This document shows, in pieces, positions 1 through 13,718 of a stretch of DNA of 64,000 nt. Numbering within the stretch: the stretch's first letter is position 1; each line of letters opens with the position of its first letter. The position numbers and the translations under genes are program-made. This stretch comes from Phaeosaccion multiseriatum (taxonomy: Eukaryota > Protista > Ochrophyta, other classes), in NCBI GenBank assembly GCA_965112735.1, contig OZ218955.1, forward strand, positions 3,224,001 to 3,288,000, written 5' to 3'. The notes beneath the pieces are model-generated. The model searched no databases and had not been told where the DNA came from. It saw nothing but the letters and a program-made list of their open reading frames with translations.

Positions 1-2
1 AG

Positions 3-1135
3 GTACGAGCTGGAGTTTACCTGCGACAAGATTGGGCTACAGTTCTCCATGTCCGAAGGTGAGGGAGGGAGGGAAAGAGAGAGTGGGAGAGAGTGAGTGT
101 GTGTGTGTGAGAGAGAGAACGAGAAAGTGTGGCGCAGGCGAGGGAAAGTGCGGTATCGCTGGTGCCATACGGGTGGAGGCTGTTGGGGTTCGTGAACCTT
201 CTTTGAAGCATGGCCTCTTGGTTTGCTTCTCCCTAGGCCGCTATCCATCCACCCACCCATCCATCCATCCATCCACTGCCATCCACCCATTGGCATCCAT
301 CCATTGGCATTGCCAGCCATCCTCTGCCATCTACCCATCCACGCATCCCCTGCCATCCACCAATCGATCGCTGGATGTACGTATCCTTCGCTATGCTCGA
401 GAGGCGTCTACACCACACCCCCCATGGTTTAGTGCCAAGCGCGGTGCCATGAAGCCTTCGGCCTTCAAGGTGGAATTCCTTCGCTCACTGGAAGTGCTCC
501 CCCCCTCCACCCTCCACCCACCCAACCCGTCCCCCCCCCTTCCCTCCCCTCCCCTCCCCTCCCCTCCCCTCCCCTCCCCTCCCCTCCCCTCCCCTCCCCT
601 CCCCTCCCCTTCCCTCCCCTCCCCTCCCCTCCCCTCCCCTCCCCTCCCCTCCCCTCCCCTCCCCTCCCCTCCTCTCCCCTCCCCTCCCCTCCCCTCCCTG
701 ACACGAGCAGAGTCTCGTCTGTACGTCAAGGGCCGTCAGGGCTTCAGCGTGCCCTCTTCACCTCTACCGGCAATAGGCCACATCCTCCACTCGTACAATG
801 GAATCCTAGTAGAAGGTGAGTCATCCCCTCCCTCCCTCCCTCTCTCCCTCCCTCCTCACCCACCCCCTCCCTCCCACTCTGCTCCTTCACATCTTGCCGC
901 ACATCTTGCAGCCTGTGACCATTACCATCGTCAGTTTAACCCATCCCTGTCTGTCTGCCTCGTCCCCACCCCCTCCCTCTTTTGGTTTCTATTGGACTCA
1001 TTCTCTCTCTTGCGAGCAGGCAAGACATATGCGGAGGTAGCTGGGGCTCTAAAACGCCTCGGCCGGCCGATGAGACTGTGCTTCGAAGGCACGCGCAGAG
1101 GAGAAACACCCCCCCCTAATTCTTCTCTCTGGTAA
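3..1135 (+). CDS. 3' part of a multi-exon gene for a PDZ-like domain protein (5' end outside window)
   Basis: GT-AG-bounded exons read YELEFTCDKIGLQFSMSE (3-58), GEGKCGIAGAIRVEAVG, PAIGHILHSYNGILVE (~770-814) and GKTYAEVAGALKRLGRPMRLCFEG...stop (1020-1135). This resembles the PDZ pattern (LGL.F...G..I..NG..V.G..Y.EV...L....RP..L.F). Confidence 0.55.
   Translation, partial: TSWSLPATRLGYSSPCPKVREGGKERVGESECVCVRERTRKCGAGEGKCGIAGAIRVEAVGVREPSLKHGLLVCFSLGRYPSTHPSIHPSTAIHPLASIHWHCQPSSAIYPSTHPLPSTNRSLDVRILRYAREASTPHPPWFSAKRGAMKPSAFKVEFLRSLEVLPPSTLHPPNPSPPLPSPPLPSPPLPSPPLPSPPLPSPSLPSPPLPSPPLPSPPLPSPPLPSPPLPSLTRAESRLYVKGRQGFSVPSSPLPAIGHILHSYNGILVEGESSPPSLPLSLPPHPPPPSHSAPSHLAAHLAACDHYHRQFNPSLSVCLVPTPSLFWFLLDSFSLLRAGKTYAEVAGALKRLGRPMRLCFEGTRRGETPPPNSSLW
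526..698. repeat. (CCCCT)n pentanucleotide microsatellite, intronic
   Basis: About 30 tandem CCCCT units; source of the spurious PPLPS/GEGRG ORFs. Confidence 0.95.
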
Positions 1136-1223
1136 TAAATTCTAAATATACGAATACAACCCTACGTCTACGTCACTATAACTACACCCCACCCCCCCGG
1201 CTCCCCACACCCACCCACCCCCT

Positions 1224-3416
1224 CTACTCCTTCTTCAATCGAAGCGTTGGCTTAATCTTTCGCAGCAGTCGCCAACCCTTGCCCCCTCCCATCACGTCCA
1301 ACGCCTCCACTCTCTCCTTGGCCGTCCACACCCCTTCCACCACCCCCGGCACCACCACAGTAAAGAGCTTCTCCACCACCAACACCGCTACATCAAGGGC
1401 CTTGAGAGCGGCCGTCTGCGCCACCTTGCCTCCGCTCTCCACGTCCTCTACATCGTCGTCCGTGAGGTCGAACACACCTTGCTCCTGCCCGCCTATCCTC
1501 GCGGCTGAACCTGCCGCCGATGCTGCTGCTGCTCCTGCGGCTCCTCCTGCTCCCCCTCCCCCTGCTGCTCGTGATGAGCCGCTACTGTTACCGCCCATGC
1601 CACGTGTAACCGAATCATTGCTGTCGCCTACAATCACCTCCACCGAAAGGGCCTCACCGTCTCCTCCGTCGCTCTCGGTACCGCCACCGCCACCGACAGC
1701 AACAGTAGTACCCTCGTAGACGCGCCGTTGTGGGCCTTGCTCGTCGCCTTGCCCCTCGCCAGGGAACTGGGGGGGAGCCTCCGTTTCTGTCGCTTTGACC
1801 TCCGCCTCCGTGTACGTGTTGCTACGTCGTCGCCCGCCTGTGAAGGAGCCCTGCTCTGAGGCCGCCGCCGCGCTGCTGCCAGCTCCTCGTACCGCTGCTG
1901 ATCCCTGGAATACCTCCACCTCCTCCACCCTAGCTGCGGCTGTATCACCACCTGCTGCTGCCCTTCCCATGAGCTCCTCCTCCTCCTCCTCCTCCTCCTC
2001 CTCCTCCTCCTCCCCCATGCCCATGATACTTTGGTAGGAAGGTATCCGTTCCCCTCTCGGTTCAGGTTCACCCCTTCCCATCGTCGCTGTCTTGCCCTCT
2101 TGTGCAGTCTGTCCCGCTAAGAAAACCTCCCCCTCCTCCTCCTCCTCCTGCTGCTGCTGCTGCTGTTGTTTTTGCTGCTGCTGCTGCAGGCCTGAGTCCA
2201 CTTCATTGTCAACGAGGACCCAACCTCCCCCCTCTTCCTCTCCCGGGGTTCCCGTTGCCACAAAAGCAGAAAAAGAAGAAGACGACGACTCGCTCGCCAT
2301 CGTGGACACTTGCTGCTCGGAAAACAGCCCAGGGAATGGTTGTGGCGGTGCGACTCCCTCTTCCCTGCCCTCTGCATCGCCCATTTCCTCCCACATGTAC
2401 TCCCCCTCCTGCCCCTCCTGCCCCTCCTGCCCCTGCAGCCCGCTGCCGCCCAACTCTGCCTGGAGTTTGCGTTCCTCCTCCTCCCTCAGTCGTGGCAGCA
2501 CGCTGTCTCTCCTCGGCAACACTCGAACCTCACCATCCCCGGTGTGGAAGTCACTCCACCTCCGCAAGGCCCTGCGAAGTCCCTTCAAGGTGGCACCTGC
2601 GCTTGTTTGGGTCAGAGAAGTTGGGCCTCCGACAAACTCATCGCCTGTCACCTCTCTCTCCTCCAGCTGCTCCTGAAGCGAAGCGGTGAGGATGCGCGCG
2701 TTGTCCACCACAGCTGCCAGCTTTCGCAGCAACACGTCGTCTTGGCCTCGTTCTCCTGCTTCTTCCTCCGCCTGGACTGGGAAACCTCTCCACTCTGCTC
2801 CTCCTCGTCCTCCTCCTCCCCCCCCACCGACGTCCACCACCACCATGTCACCCCGTTCTGCAGCCTCATCAATGGGCGCAAAGAGCTCCTCCCACTCCAC
2901 AGCTGTGCCGTACTCAAAGCACAGATCCTTGCCGCTTGTCGAGTGACCCTCCACCTCGATGGTATACTTGACCACCGCCGCCCAGTCCCGTAGCTTGTCC
3001 ACTGCCTCCTCCAGCTCTCTCCGCTGCTCCCTCTGCCTCTCACACAGCCGATCCAACCCCACCACCACTTGGGTCTCCAACGTCGCCAACAGATCTACAT
3101 GCGCATTGAACACCGCCCTCCGCGAGACAATCGCCGCCTCGAGTTCCGCCTTAGCCATGGACCCTCCTCCCACGTTCGCAGCGATGCCCTCCAATTGTTT
3201 GATAATGGGCTCCTCCTTCTCCAATCGCACCCACATGTCCCCCAAAGCCGCTTCGATGGCACTGCTTAGCTCAGCAGATGCCTCGAGCCTCTCTCCCAAG
3301 ACACTCCCCTGCAAGACGCCGGTTACAGAAGCCAGCCCCAGCTCGCGCACGAAGGCCTTGGGGTATTTGGACAAGAGCTGCGCGTCGGTGAGGTGGGCGG
3401 CGGGGGTGCCCGATGC

Positions 3417-3453
<37 letters not shown>

Positions 3454-5297
3454 GATTCCTGTTGAGCTGCCCAAGGGTCCTCATCAGCAGCGGCAGCATA
3501 ATCAGTTGGTGATACAGATTGCCTCGGCGGTGCTGGAGATCCTAGAGAATCCAGCCACGACAAGTCTTCTGCTGCGTTGGTAGAAGTTGTTGTAGTAGTG
3601 GTAGTAGAAGTAGTAGTAGTAGCAGAGGTAGTAGGAGGAGAAGTAGCAGTAGGAGTAGTGGTAGTGGTGGTAGTCTCAGCAGTAGCAACCCCCCCCCAAG
3701 CACCACTACCACTGGAGTCATCAGCCGGAGTATCGCTGCTGCTGCTGCTGCTGCTGCTGCTGTCATCGCTGTCTTTGCCTGTTCCTGAGCTCGGCCACGG
3801 GAATTTCCACCGTCCTTGTTCCTCCTCCTCTTCCACCTCCTCCATGAGCAACTCCAAGGGCATTTCCTCCCTCTTCAGCACTCTCCGACGCCCCAAACCA
3901 TCACCATCATTAACATCGCCGTCGACGTCGCCGCCATCTGCCGTTATCGTATCACCATACTCCGCAAAACTGGCACCATCCGCATCCGCATACGCCCCAG
4001 CAGCACCACCACCAGCCTCAGCACCAGCCTCAGCACCAGCCTCAGCACCAGCGTCAGAGTCCCCTCCCAGGAGTCGCTGTTGTAAGTCGTCCTTGGCCCC
4101 TGTGAGCAGCTTCCCCCAGTCCTCATCCGCGTCGGGTAGAGACAGTCCTAGGGGTCGGAGCGCACGGTTCGTGCGTCCTCCCGGCTTCTCGTAACGAATC
4201 TGATGTGTGTTGTTGGCATGCAGAGGAGCGAAGGAGAGGCGGAAGAGCGAGGTGAGGAGGAGGAGGAGAAGGACGAGAACATGTAGAGAAGTAATAAAGA
4301 AGCAGTAAAGAAGAAGAGAAAGAAGGAAACATTTCGCCTCCCCCCCATCCCTTCCCCTCTCACCCCTTCTTCTCCTCCCCCTGACCTGCTCCCGCCTCCC
4401 CTCCTCCCCTGCCCCCCCTCCCTCCATCCCTTCTCCCTCCCGCCCTCCCTCCCCCTCCCCCTCCTTCCTTCCTTCCCTCACCTCGCTCTCCACTTCGAAT
4501 ACCAAGTCGTCTGTGGTTGTGAGGGCCTTCAGAGGTGCCCCCAACAGCTTCTCCGGAAGGGACTTGTCCTTGCTGCGGCGCTGGCGACGACGAGAAGAGG
4601 CCAATCTGAATACGTAACACGCGAAGCAAAAGGAATGTGCGGGTCGTGCGGAGGGAGGGGGGAACGGATGGATGTAGTGAGTGAGTGAGTGAGTGAGTGA
4701 GTGAGTGAGTGAGTGAGTGTGTGAGGAAGTCAGAGCAAGAAGAAGCAAGAAGTAAGTAGAGAAAAACCGACAGAGTAAGTAGAGAAGAATAGGACCGAAA
4801 GACTCTACCAACACAGCACCAGGTAGGTCGCAAGTGCACTACGTAATCTTTCGTACCCCGTACCTTTGATCCTCATCATCGAACCCTTGCAGCGAGCCGA
4901 TGAGCTTGGCCTTGCCTCCCTTGTTTCCCATCCCCATATCCATCGTAGTCAGGTCCACAGGGTTAAGAACGCCCGTTTGCAAGAGGGAGAGCGTCATGTT
5001 GAGGCTGTTCATTGTGGTGTTGGCCTGCTTCTCCCTCTCCTCCTGTGTCTTGGGGGTGGCACTGGGCAGCAGGAGAGCGGCGGGGGCGGCGGCCTTGGTG
5101 GCGGCGTAGAGAATTCGCCCCGACTCGTAAGCCGCGCTGTGGGTGGGTGGGTGGGTGGGTGGGTAGGTGCGACACGAATCGATGGCGTTGAATATTAATC
5201 TCCTGGGTGACAGAGGCGCCTTTCTCTTACATGACATTCAAATTGTGTTTTGGGGTACAGTATACCGACATTCATCCATCACACACACGCACACACA

Positions 5298-5334
<37 letters not shown>

Positions 5335-6070
5335 CGCCAACCAAAGCAGAGCAGATAACAGCGCCGCAAAGCCCTCCCTCCCTGAGACTCACGATGTAAC
5401 GATGGCGGAGGCTATCCCCACGAGGAGCGTTGTGTCTGCAATGACCTTGTTGGTCACCAGCAGCCCCACGGTCTCGAGACGGGCGCTGACACGCCCCACG
5501 AAGCTCCCCCAGGACTGCTGCCAACCCTCGAACGTCTGCAATGTGGAGCTCTGGAACTTCTCACTGTCGCTGCCGCCCCTGCCACCTGCTCTGGCCGCGC
5601 CGCTGCTAGACTTCTCTCCCCCAGAGTCTGTGTTGGATCCTCCCACTTCTCCTCCTCCTCCTCCTCCTCCTCCTCCTCCTCCTCCTCCTCGTCCTCCTCC
5701 TCCTGCTGCGGCTGCTGCCACGACCTCCTCCTTGAGCACGGCGTCCTGCGCTTTGAGGCCCTCCAGGAAGGCAGGGTCGGCAAGGAGCTCCCTCAGCACG
5801 CTGGAGTCGTCATCTGTTAGCGTCGTCGGCGCCTTGGTTTTGTTGCTGCTCCTATCACCTTCGCCCCCATCGCCAGCTTGTGTCTGTGCGTGGAGACGTG
5901 CCAGAGGAGACGATCTGCCCCAACCCGCCTCCCCTTGCTGCTGCTGTTGCTGCTGTTGTTGCTGGTGATGTTGTTGTCGTTGAGGAGACTGACTGAACCT
6001 CAGCTTCGTACTGCTACTGCTAAAGCTCCTCTTACCGTGACTTCCACTCGTGGCTCTGATGCTCCTGCTG

Positions 6071-6101
<31 letters not shown>

Positions 6102-6252
6102 GTGAGGCGATGCCGTTGAAAGAGGAGAACGCATCCACAACGCCCACTTGAGGCCTGTGCCTTGAGGGGAAAAGTGTCCCTGGACCAACCAGGAGCGACG
6201 CTGTGACTGTCACCACCAAGCGCGCCCGCCACGAAGCAGGCTGGTGCGGCAT
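1224..6252 (-). CDS. Large, probably plastid-targeted protein of unknown function (4 exons: 6252-5393, 5136-4864, 4605-4482, 4199-1224)
   Basis: Phase-consistent GT-AG junctions. The N-terminus has a hydrophobic segment then VDA-F. The middle is coiled-coil-like, and the C-terminus is non-repetitive (ALKALDVAVLVVEKLFTVVVPG...GWRLL). Confidence 0.75.
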
Positions 6253-6505
6253 CGTATAAACCCCGCCCCCGCCCTTTTCATTCGTTTACCATGTGCGCAT
6301 CTTCCGGACTATTAGACGTCCTCCTCAATCCCTCTGCTGCTCTACTGTCGACGCTGCGATATCTCTACTGCTCCTTTTCTTCGACGCTTCTTTTGAATGA
6401 TTTGCGATTTGCACGAAAAAGTGGGGATGTTGGTTCACCACCCAGCTCTGGCGACGACCCAATGGTTGACCCTCCCGTGCTCATTCACATGAATCAATCC
6501 ATTCG
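6253..6505. promoter_or_regulatory. Putative bidirectional promoter between the unknown plastid gene and trpD
   Basis: Divergent start codons 253 bp apart. Confidence 0.5.
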
Positions 6506-9127
6506 ATGATCCGCAACACCGCCTTTGCTACTACCGCCCCTCGGAACCGTGTCACGACGCTTTTGGCCGCTGCTGTGCTTCCTTTTGCCGTCCTTGACAG
6601 TACAGAAGCGTTTCTCACGCCGCTGCCCATTCGACCCACTCCAGCAGGGCGATCGCAGCTATCACCTCCACCAACAGCAGCAGCAGCAGCAGGAGCAGCA
6701 GCAGCACAAGGACGTAGGGGAGGACACGCCATATCACTACTAGCAGCAGCTGGAGGGCGCGGAGGACGGATAGGAGGAGGACACCGGGGGAGGAAGGAAG
6801 AAGGGCGAGCACTCCAGCGTTGTCGAGAAGGATTCACGCGTCTGCGCTACGCTTTCGAGTTCGACCCGGATCTCGACATGGATGACCTCAAGCCCTACAT
6901 CGAGAAGCTCATCGGTGGCCAAGACTTGGAGAGGGAGGAGGCCGAAGATGCCATGAGCCAGATCATGGCCGAGGAGGGTGCCAAGCCTGAGCAGGTACAT
7001 TGATTATGTAGGGACACTCACGCGCGCGCGCGCGTGTGTGTGCATGCTGCACTGCTACCACGGTATTTCCCTTCTTCTTCTGCTTCTTGTTCTGTAGCTG
7101 CTGCGCTGCCTCTCCCTTGTTTCTTCCCCGCCTCCTCGAAGCGTACGGAGCCTCTCACGAGTTGAGGCCTTTCCTTCCCCCCTCACATCTAAGCGTGTGC
7201 CTGCTGCAAGGCAAATGCACCATGCTTCGAGTCAGGAATGACGCTTTGAAGTATGTCCGTCCAGCACGGCCATCCCCTTCTCCAAAGAACGAAAGCTCTC
7301 ACACCATCCCCCACCCCCATCGTTTTCCACACCGTTGCCTGAGCTAGTATCTCGTTGGGTATGTGCTGATCGGCATCATCACCATCGCCATCCTTTTGTA
7401 TGGCGTGGTGTCGTGATGTGGCCCTCCTCCCCCTCTGTCCCTCTGTCCCTCCCTCCCTCCCTCCCTCCCACCCCGTATCCCTTATGCGGTGTGCAGGTGG
7501 CGGCTCTGCTCTGCTTGCTGCGGGCCAAGGACGAGACTTCTGAAGAGCTCGCCGGCTTTGTGGATGGAATGAAGAAGGCCGTGGTGCCGGTCAGTCTCAA
7601 AGAAAAGGCGCTGGACATTGTCGGGACAGGTGAGTGAGGAGGAGGAGGGGTGGGGGGGATGGAGGGGAGGGGGGCGTGGAGGGGGTGATGCACGAGTGAG
7701 CACGGTCGCCACACACAGACGCGCAGGGAGGATTGGGAGGAAAGGAGAGAAGGGAAGGTGACTAGCGAGGGAACGCACCACACACGTGAGATGTTAGGCC
7801 TTACACTCGCTGGGGGGGTGGAGTGAAGGGGGAGGGGGTTGAGGCTCATCATGCTCACGGTATTGGTCTTACTGTTTCACTTATTCCAACTCCAAGACAA
7901 GTCGAGTCCACAGAGGAAGGAAGGAGTAGGCCTGCTGCTGCTGCTGCTGCTGCTGCTCCTGCTGGCGCCCTGATATCTCCTCTGCTGTGCTCTTTTCTGT
8001 TCCAATCAAACCCCATCCATCCATCCATCCTTCCATCCTTCCACCCATCCATCCATCCATCCATCCATCCATCCATCCATCCGCCCATCTGTGTGCCTCC
8101 ACCTCCTTCCTCGTTGCAACTGTGACTGTACCCAGGGGGGGACGGAGCCCACACCATCAACGTTTCAACCGCCGCCGTCATCCTCGCGGCTGCTGCGGGC
8201 GCCTCGGTGAGTGGTGGAAGCAGTCCCTCCCCCAGGGCTGGGAGGGGTGGGGTGGGGTGGTGGGGTGGACAACTTGTAGTGGCGGTAGTAGATCAATTCT
8301 CCCTCTCTCTCTCCCCTCCTCCTGTGTGGGTTTTGTGGAGGCAGTGACAACCACTCACTCATTCTCTTCCTCCCCCTCCCCTCCTGCCCGCCTGTATGCC
8401 CCCGTATGCCTCCATCCACTGCCATCCATGCCCAGGTGTGCAAGTTCGGCAACAGATCTGTGAGCTCTATGTGCGGCTCTGCTGACGTCCTCGAGGCCCT
8501 CGGTACGTACCTACATACGCCAGCCGCCCCAGGAGGGGGGGGGGTGGGGTGGGCAAGTTGGGCAAGTTGGGCGGTGGAGGGAAGGCCCAAACTTGTCCAT
8601 CTCAGGGAAGGGAAGGCTCCCTCTCTCCCTATCACCTCTCTCTCACACACCCAATACTCTCCCTTCCTCCCCATACGTCTCTACCCACTCTCCCTCCAGG
8701 CATCAGTGTGGACCTGACTCCCGAGCAGGTGGCGTGGTGCTGTGAGCAGAGCAACATCGCCTTCATGTTCGCTCCCAACCACTACCCGGCCATGAAGAAT
8801 GTTGCACCCATCAGAAGGGGTGAGAGAAGAGGAGTGGGGGGGGGGAGGGAGAGAGGGACGGGAGGGAGAGAGGGACGGGAGGGGAGGGGAGGGGAGGGAA
8901 AGGGAGAAGGAAAGCAAAAGGACATGGGGTAAAGAGATAAGACAGAAAGGCTGCTGATGTTACTCCCGTCCCCCCCCCCCCCCCCCCAGCCCTCGGTGTG
9001 CGTACTCTGTTCAACATCCTGGGCCCTATGACCAACCCCGCGGGTGCCCAGCACGTGGTGATTGGGGTGTTTCAGGAGGACCTCATGACCAAGATGGCAG
9101 GGGCGCTCAAGGAGGTGCGGAGAGCGT

Positions 9128-9169
<42 letters not shown>

Positions 9170-11483
9170 GTGTGTGCGTGTGTGTGTGTGTGCGTGTGAG
9201 TGTGTGTGTTCTGTCTCGTGTGTGTGTGTGTGTGTGTGCGTGCGTGTGTGTGCGTGTGTGTGTGCGTGTGAGTGTGAGTGTGTGTTCTGTCTCGTGTGTG
9301 TGTGTGTGTGCGTGTGCGTGTGTGTGTGTGCGTGTGTGTGTATGTGCGTATGTGTGTGTGTGCGTGTGTGTGCCACGCTGACCCGTGTCACGAGAGGGCT
9401 TGTAGGTGTAGTGGAGTGGAGCAAAGTGATGCAACAAGTGCAAACATCACCATCACCATCATCACCATCATCACACCCCCATACCCCCCTGCCCTCCCTG
9501 CCCCTGGCCCCTGCCTCCTGCAATGCCCCTCCCGTATCACCAACAGGTGGGCTACATCGAGCACGGCGTCATCGTACACGGCTGTGGAGGGCTCGACGAG
9601 ATCTCTCCACTGGGGCCCTCCAAGGTGGGTGATGGTCACGGTGATGGTCACGGTGATGGTTGAACTGCCAAATCCTTGGCCCGTTGGCTGGCTATCTCAA
9701 TTGAAGTTTCAGTTTACTGGACCTACCCCAAGTCGATCAGAACGAAGTTATCAATCTGAAGGCCCATGTCCATGCGGAAACAGCATCATGGCTGGTCCTT
9801 CATGTATTATATTATATTGTCTGGAAACAACATGGAACTGAAATTGAAACTGCATCTGCAACACTGAAACTGCAACTGCTCAGGTGATCGAGATCAAGAA
9901 CACTGCCGAGCCTGGAGCCCCCAAGGAGTACGAAACCACGGTAAGTGAGGAGTGAGGAGTGAGGAGTAAGGAGTCTATCGATATCGAGATGGCCCGATAA
10001 ATGCATCTATTTCTATGCCACCCTCATCTCCATGGCCCGTATGCCTCTATTTCTGTGCCACCCTCATCTCCCCGCCTCCTTCCCAAACCTCTGCTCCCCT
10101 ACCCTGTCCGCCTCTCCACTGCCATCCCCTGCCAATGTACTCTACCCTGCCCGATATACCTCTACCCTTGTGATCAAATGGCGACTGTCTGCCTCTCGAT
10201 GTACACCAGGAGTACGAGGTGGATCCTGAGCAGTACGGCATTCCCCTGTGCACTATTGAGGACCTCAAGGGAGGGGACAGAGACACTAACGCACGTCTGC
10301 TCAGAGAGGTGAGCAAGGACTTGAGTAGAAGCATATAGGGGAGCGGGAGGGGGGGGGTATTAGAGGCGTATGGGAGGGAGGGGAGCGAGGGGAGGGAGCG
10401 TATGAGTGGCAGACCTCTCTGCCTCTCTGTAACTGTAGCGTAGCATGTTGGTTCTTCGTGGTGTCGTCGTGTGCGAAGAAAAGTTCCCTCTCCTGCTGTG
10501 CTCCCACCTCATCAGTCTGCTGAATGAAATGGGTACACTCCTCGCTGACAGTCCCACCCATCTCCTCCTCCTCCTCCTCCTCCTCCTCCTCCTCCTCCTC
10601 CTCCTCCTCCTCCTCCTCCTCCTCCTCCTCCTCCTCCTCCCCCCTCCCCCCCTTAACCCAACCCCAGACTCTAATGGGAGGTGACGAATCCAACGGCAAG
10701 CGCGACGCCGTTGTGCTCAACGCAGGGATGGGTCTCTACGTGTACGGCCTCTGTGACACCATCGAGGCAGGCTTTAAACTGGCCAGAGAGACGCTGAACA
10801 AGGGGCTCGCCATCAACCAATTGGACCTTTGGATCGCTGCCTCAAAGGAGATCGACGCGGTGAATGTGGATTACAAAGAGGCCACTGCGACGAAGCTCAA
10901 GGTGGAGGCACAGAACGATCGAGCGGAGAAGATTCGACAAATTCTCGCGTCCATGCCCCCTCCCCCTCACCCTACGGACCAACAGATGGCATTCTCGCTT
11001 GGTGGGGAGACCCGACCAGGGATGGACGTGGACGATGAAGATGACGATGACGACGACGGACCGAACTTTAGTGAGATGAGGGCCAACGTCCCTGCGCCTC
11101 CATACTACATTAACGATCGGATGCAGTACGTGCGTGTATACGAGGATGGCACCGAGGAGGTGGAGGAGGACGATGAGGCCCAGGCGATTGCGGCGGCAGG
11201 AGGCGAGGGGGAGGGGTACGACGAGGAGGAGGATGATGAGGAAGGCGGTGGGAGGGTGAAGGCTGCCATGCGTGTCACCAATTCAAACCGCAAATTCTTC
11301 ATCAATGAGGAGCTTGAGTATCAGGCGTTTGCAGACCCGGAGGACAGGGCAAACGCTCAGCAGCTGCCTGGAGATGCTGCAGCAGCGGCAGGAGGAGGAG
11401 GAGGAGGAGGAGCGGCGGTGGCGGTAGCAGAAGCAACAGAGGAGTACCTCGACGATGACCTCTTCAAGCCCACAGACAGCTGA
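6506..11483 (+). CDS. trpD: Anthranilate phosphoribosyltransferase, plastid-targeted, with acidic C-terminal extension (10 exons: 6506-6994, 7497-7629, 8136-8206, 8436-8502, 8700-8819, 8990-9114, 9547-9624, 9884-9940, 10210-10308, 10668-11483)
   Basis: Spliced motifs [85 protein letters not shown]; signal peptide plus TEA-FLTP. Confidence 0.96.
9125..9372. repeat. (TG)n-rich compound microsatellite in a trpD intron
   Basis: Long TG/CG dinucleotide tract. Similar tracts lie at 5282-5332, 13581-13730, 23645-23742 and 31740-31800. Confidence 0.95.
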
Positions 11484-11816
11484 ACGGTTTGTGAATGCTG
11501 CAGATTTGAGCCTGTGAAGATTGAATTGTGAATTCTGCAGATTGAGCCTATGAGTATTGCAGATTGAGGAGGAAGGGAAAGAGGAGAGCGAAGAAGTAGA
11601 AAGGAAGAAAGATTGAATGTGGAAAGGAACAGCTTCTGTAGGTCTGAGGGGGCACTCTTGGAGGCGTATGGGGAGGGAGGGAGGAGGGGGGGGAGAACAG
11701 GAAGGAGAGTAGGGAGGGAGGGTGAACAAGAGACATGGCGCGGCTCAAAGTTCCATTATTATGTCCATTAATTTTGTTTTAAATTATTAATTTAATTAAA
11801 AAAATACTAGAAATGA

Positions 11817-13578
11817 TTAGGGGGGGGGGGGGAGTGGCAGCACCTGATATTTTCTGCCGCTGCGTGCGCTGCGCTGCGTGCGGAAACCGTTGGCCCTCGG
11901 GGATTTTGCTTGGTCGAGACCATCGATGAAGGTGAGCACATCCTGCCAGAGCAACACGTCTTCCTTGTCGCCCCTCTCGCTGTGGCAGTGAATGAGGTTC
12001 CTCAGCATGCGCCTCCACAGATCTTCATTGGAACAAGTCAGGTCCATCGCCCACCCCTGCTCCTCCTCCTCCTCCTCCTCCTCCTCCTCCTCCTCCTCCT
12101 CCTCCTCCTCCTCCTCCTCCTCCTCCTCCTCCTTCTGTTGCTGCTGCTGCTGCTGCTGCAGCTGTGCGTCAGCGGCAGCAACTACTCCTGCTGCCTTACC
12201 TCTGCTGCCCCGTCCTCCTCCTCCTCTTCCTCCTCCTGCCCCTCCTGCTGCTGCGGCGGCGGCGGCTGCTGCTGATGTATCACCAACTACTGCCCTGTAA
12301 GCGCCCTTATAGATGTACTGAAGGTAGCGTTGCAGGCCTTTCTCTGCAGGGGGGGGGGCAAAGGAACGAAAGCGGTCATTAGGAAGGGGCACAGTTGCCT
12401 TCTCCGCTCCGAGATTTTTTTGTGTGTGGGTACGTGTGTGTGTGGGTGTACGTGTGTGTGTGGGTGTGCGCGTGTGTGTGTACGTGTGCGGATTGTGTGT
12501 ACGCATGTCTGCGCTTGTCTGCGTGTGTCTGCATGTGTGTATAGATGCATGTGTGTGTGTGCGTGTGCTCGCCAAGCTGCCGCATCTCACTCCACACAGA
12601 CCTGGAGACAAGACGCGCCCCTTGTTGAATACGTCAATGAAGCAGTTAGGCAGCGCCTCCACCCGTACCAGCCGGAGCAACTCCACTGTGGGAGGGCGAT
12701 CGTAGTGAGAGTAGTCGTCTCCTTCTCCCCCCCCTCCTCCTCCTCCGCCTCCTCCTCCTTCTCCTCCTTCTCCTGCTGCTGCACGCCGCCGAGTCTGTCG
12801 GGGCCGCTCCTCAATGACCATCTCATTTCCTCCCGAAACGAAACGCACCGTACAGGGCACACCTCGACTCTCCTCCCCCATCTCCTCATCGTCCTCCCCC
12901 TCCTCGTCCTCCCCCCCTCCCTCCTCCTCTCCCTTCCCCCCCGGCGGAACCACCACAACCGCCCCTCCTGCTGCCAAGATGTCGCTCGCCAGCTTCACCA
13001 TCCGGTCTTCCTCCATCTTCTTCCTCTTCTCTTCCTCCTCCTCCTCCTCCTGCTGCTGCTGCTGTCGGGGCATCACGGCTGGCCACAGCGTGCCCGTAAG
13101 GTACTCGTCTCTTCCCGAAGTGACAAGTCCCTCTCCCTCCACCCTGACGCGGAGCAGAAGGCGACGATCGGTCTTGTGCCCACTACTACTACTACTACTA
13201 CTACTACTGCTGCTGCTACTACTACTACCGCTGGTGCTGCTGGTGCTGCCCCCTTCACGCTGGATCTCCAGGCACATCCAAGTGCTCCCTCCTCTTCCTG
13301 CTGCTGATGCATCACCACCACCACCCTCCGGTGCTGCTGCCTTGTCCTCCTTCTCCTCTTCCTCCTCCTCAAAGGTCAGTAGTATCGGGGTGGGGTCGGG
13401 TGCCTGACGGTCCACAACAAACCACCCCCCCCCCCCCTGCAGCTGCCCCTGGGTCACGATCTTGAGCTCCGAGCTTCGGTGTCTGTCGTGGTGATGGTGG
13501 GCATGCATCATTGCCCTCCCCCACCGCCTCATCTGGGCACGAGATTGGGGAAGTTGCACCATAAAATGGGCGGGAAAG

Positions 13579-13676
<98 letters not shown>

Positions 13677-13681
13677 CGTGC

Positions 13682-13718
<37 letters not shown>

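Noticed and set aside
526-698. (CCCCT)n as an interstitial telomere
   Set aside because: It is not TTAGGG or TTTAGGG-like, and similar pyrimidine tracts occur in many introns here.
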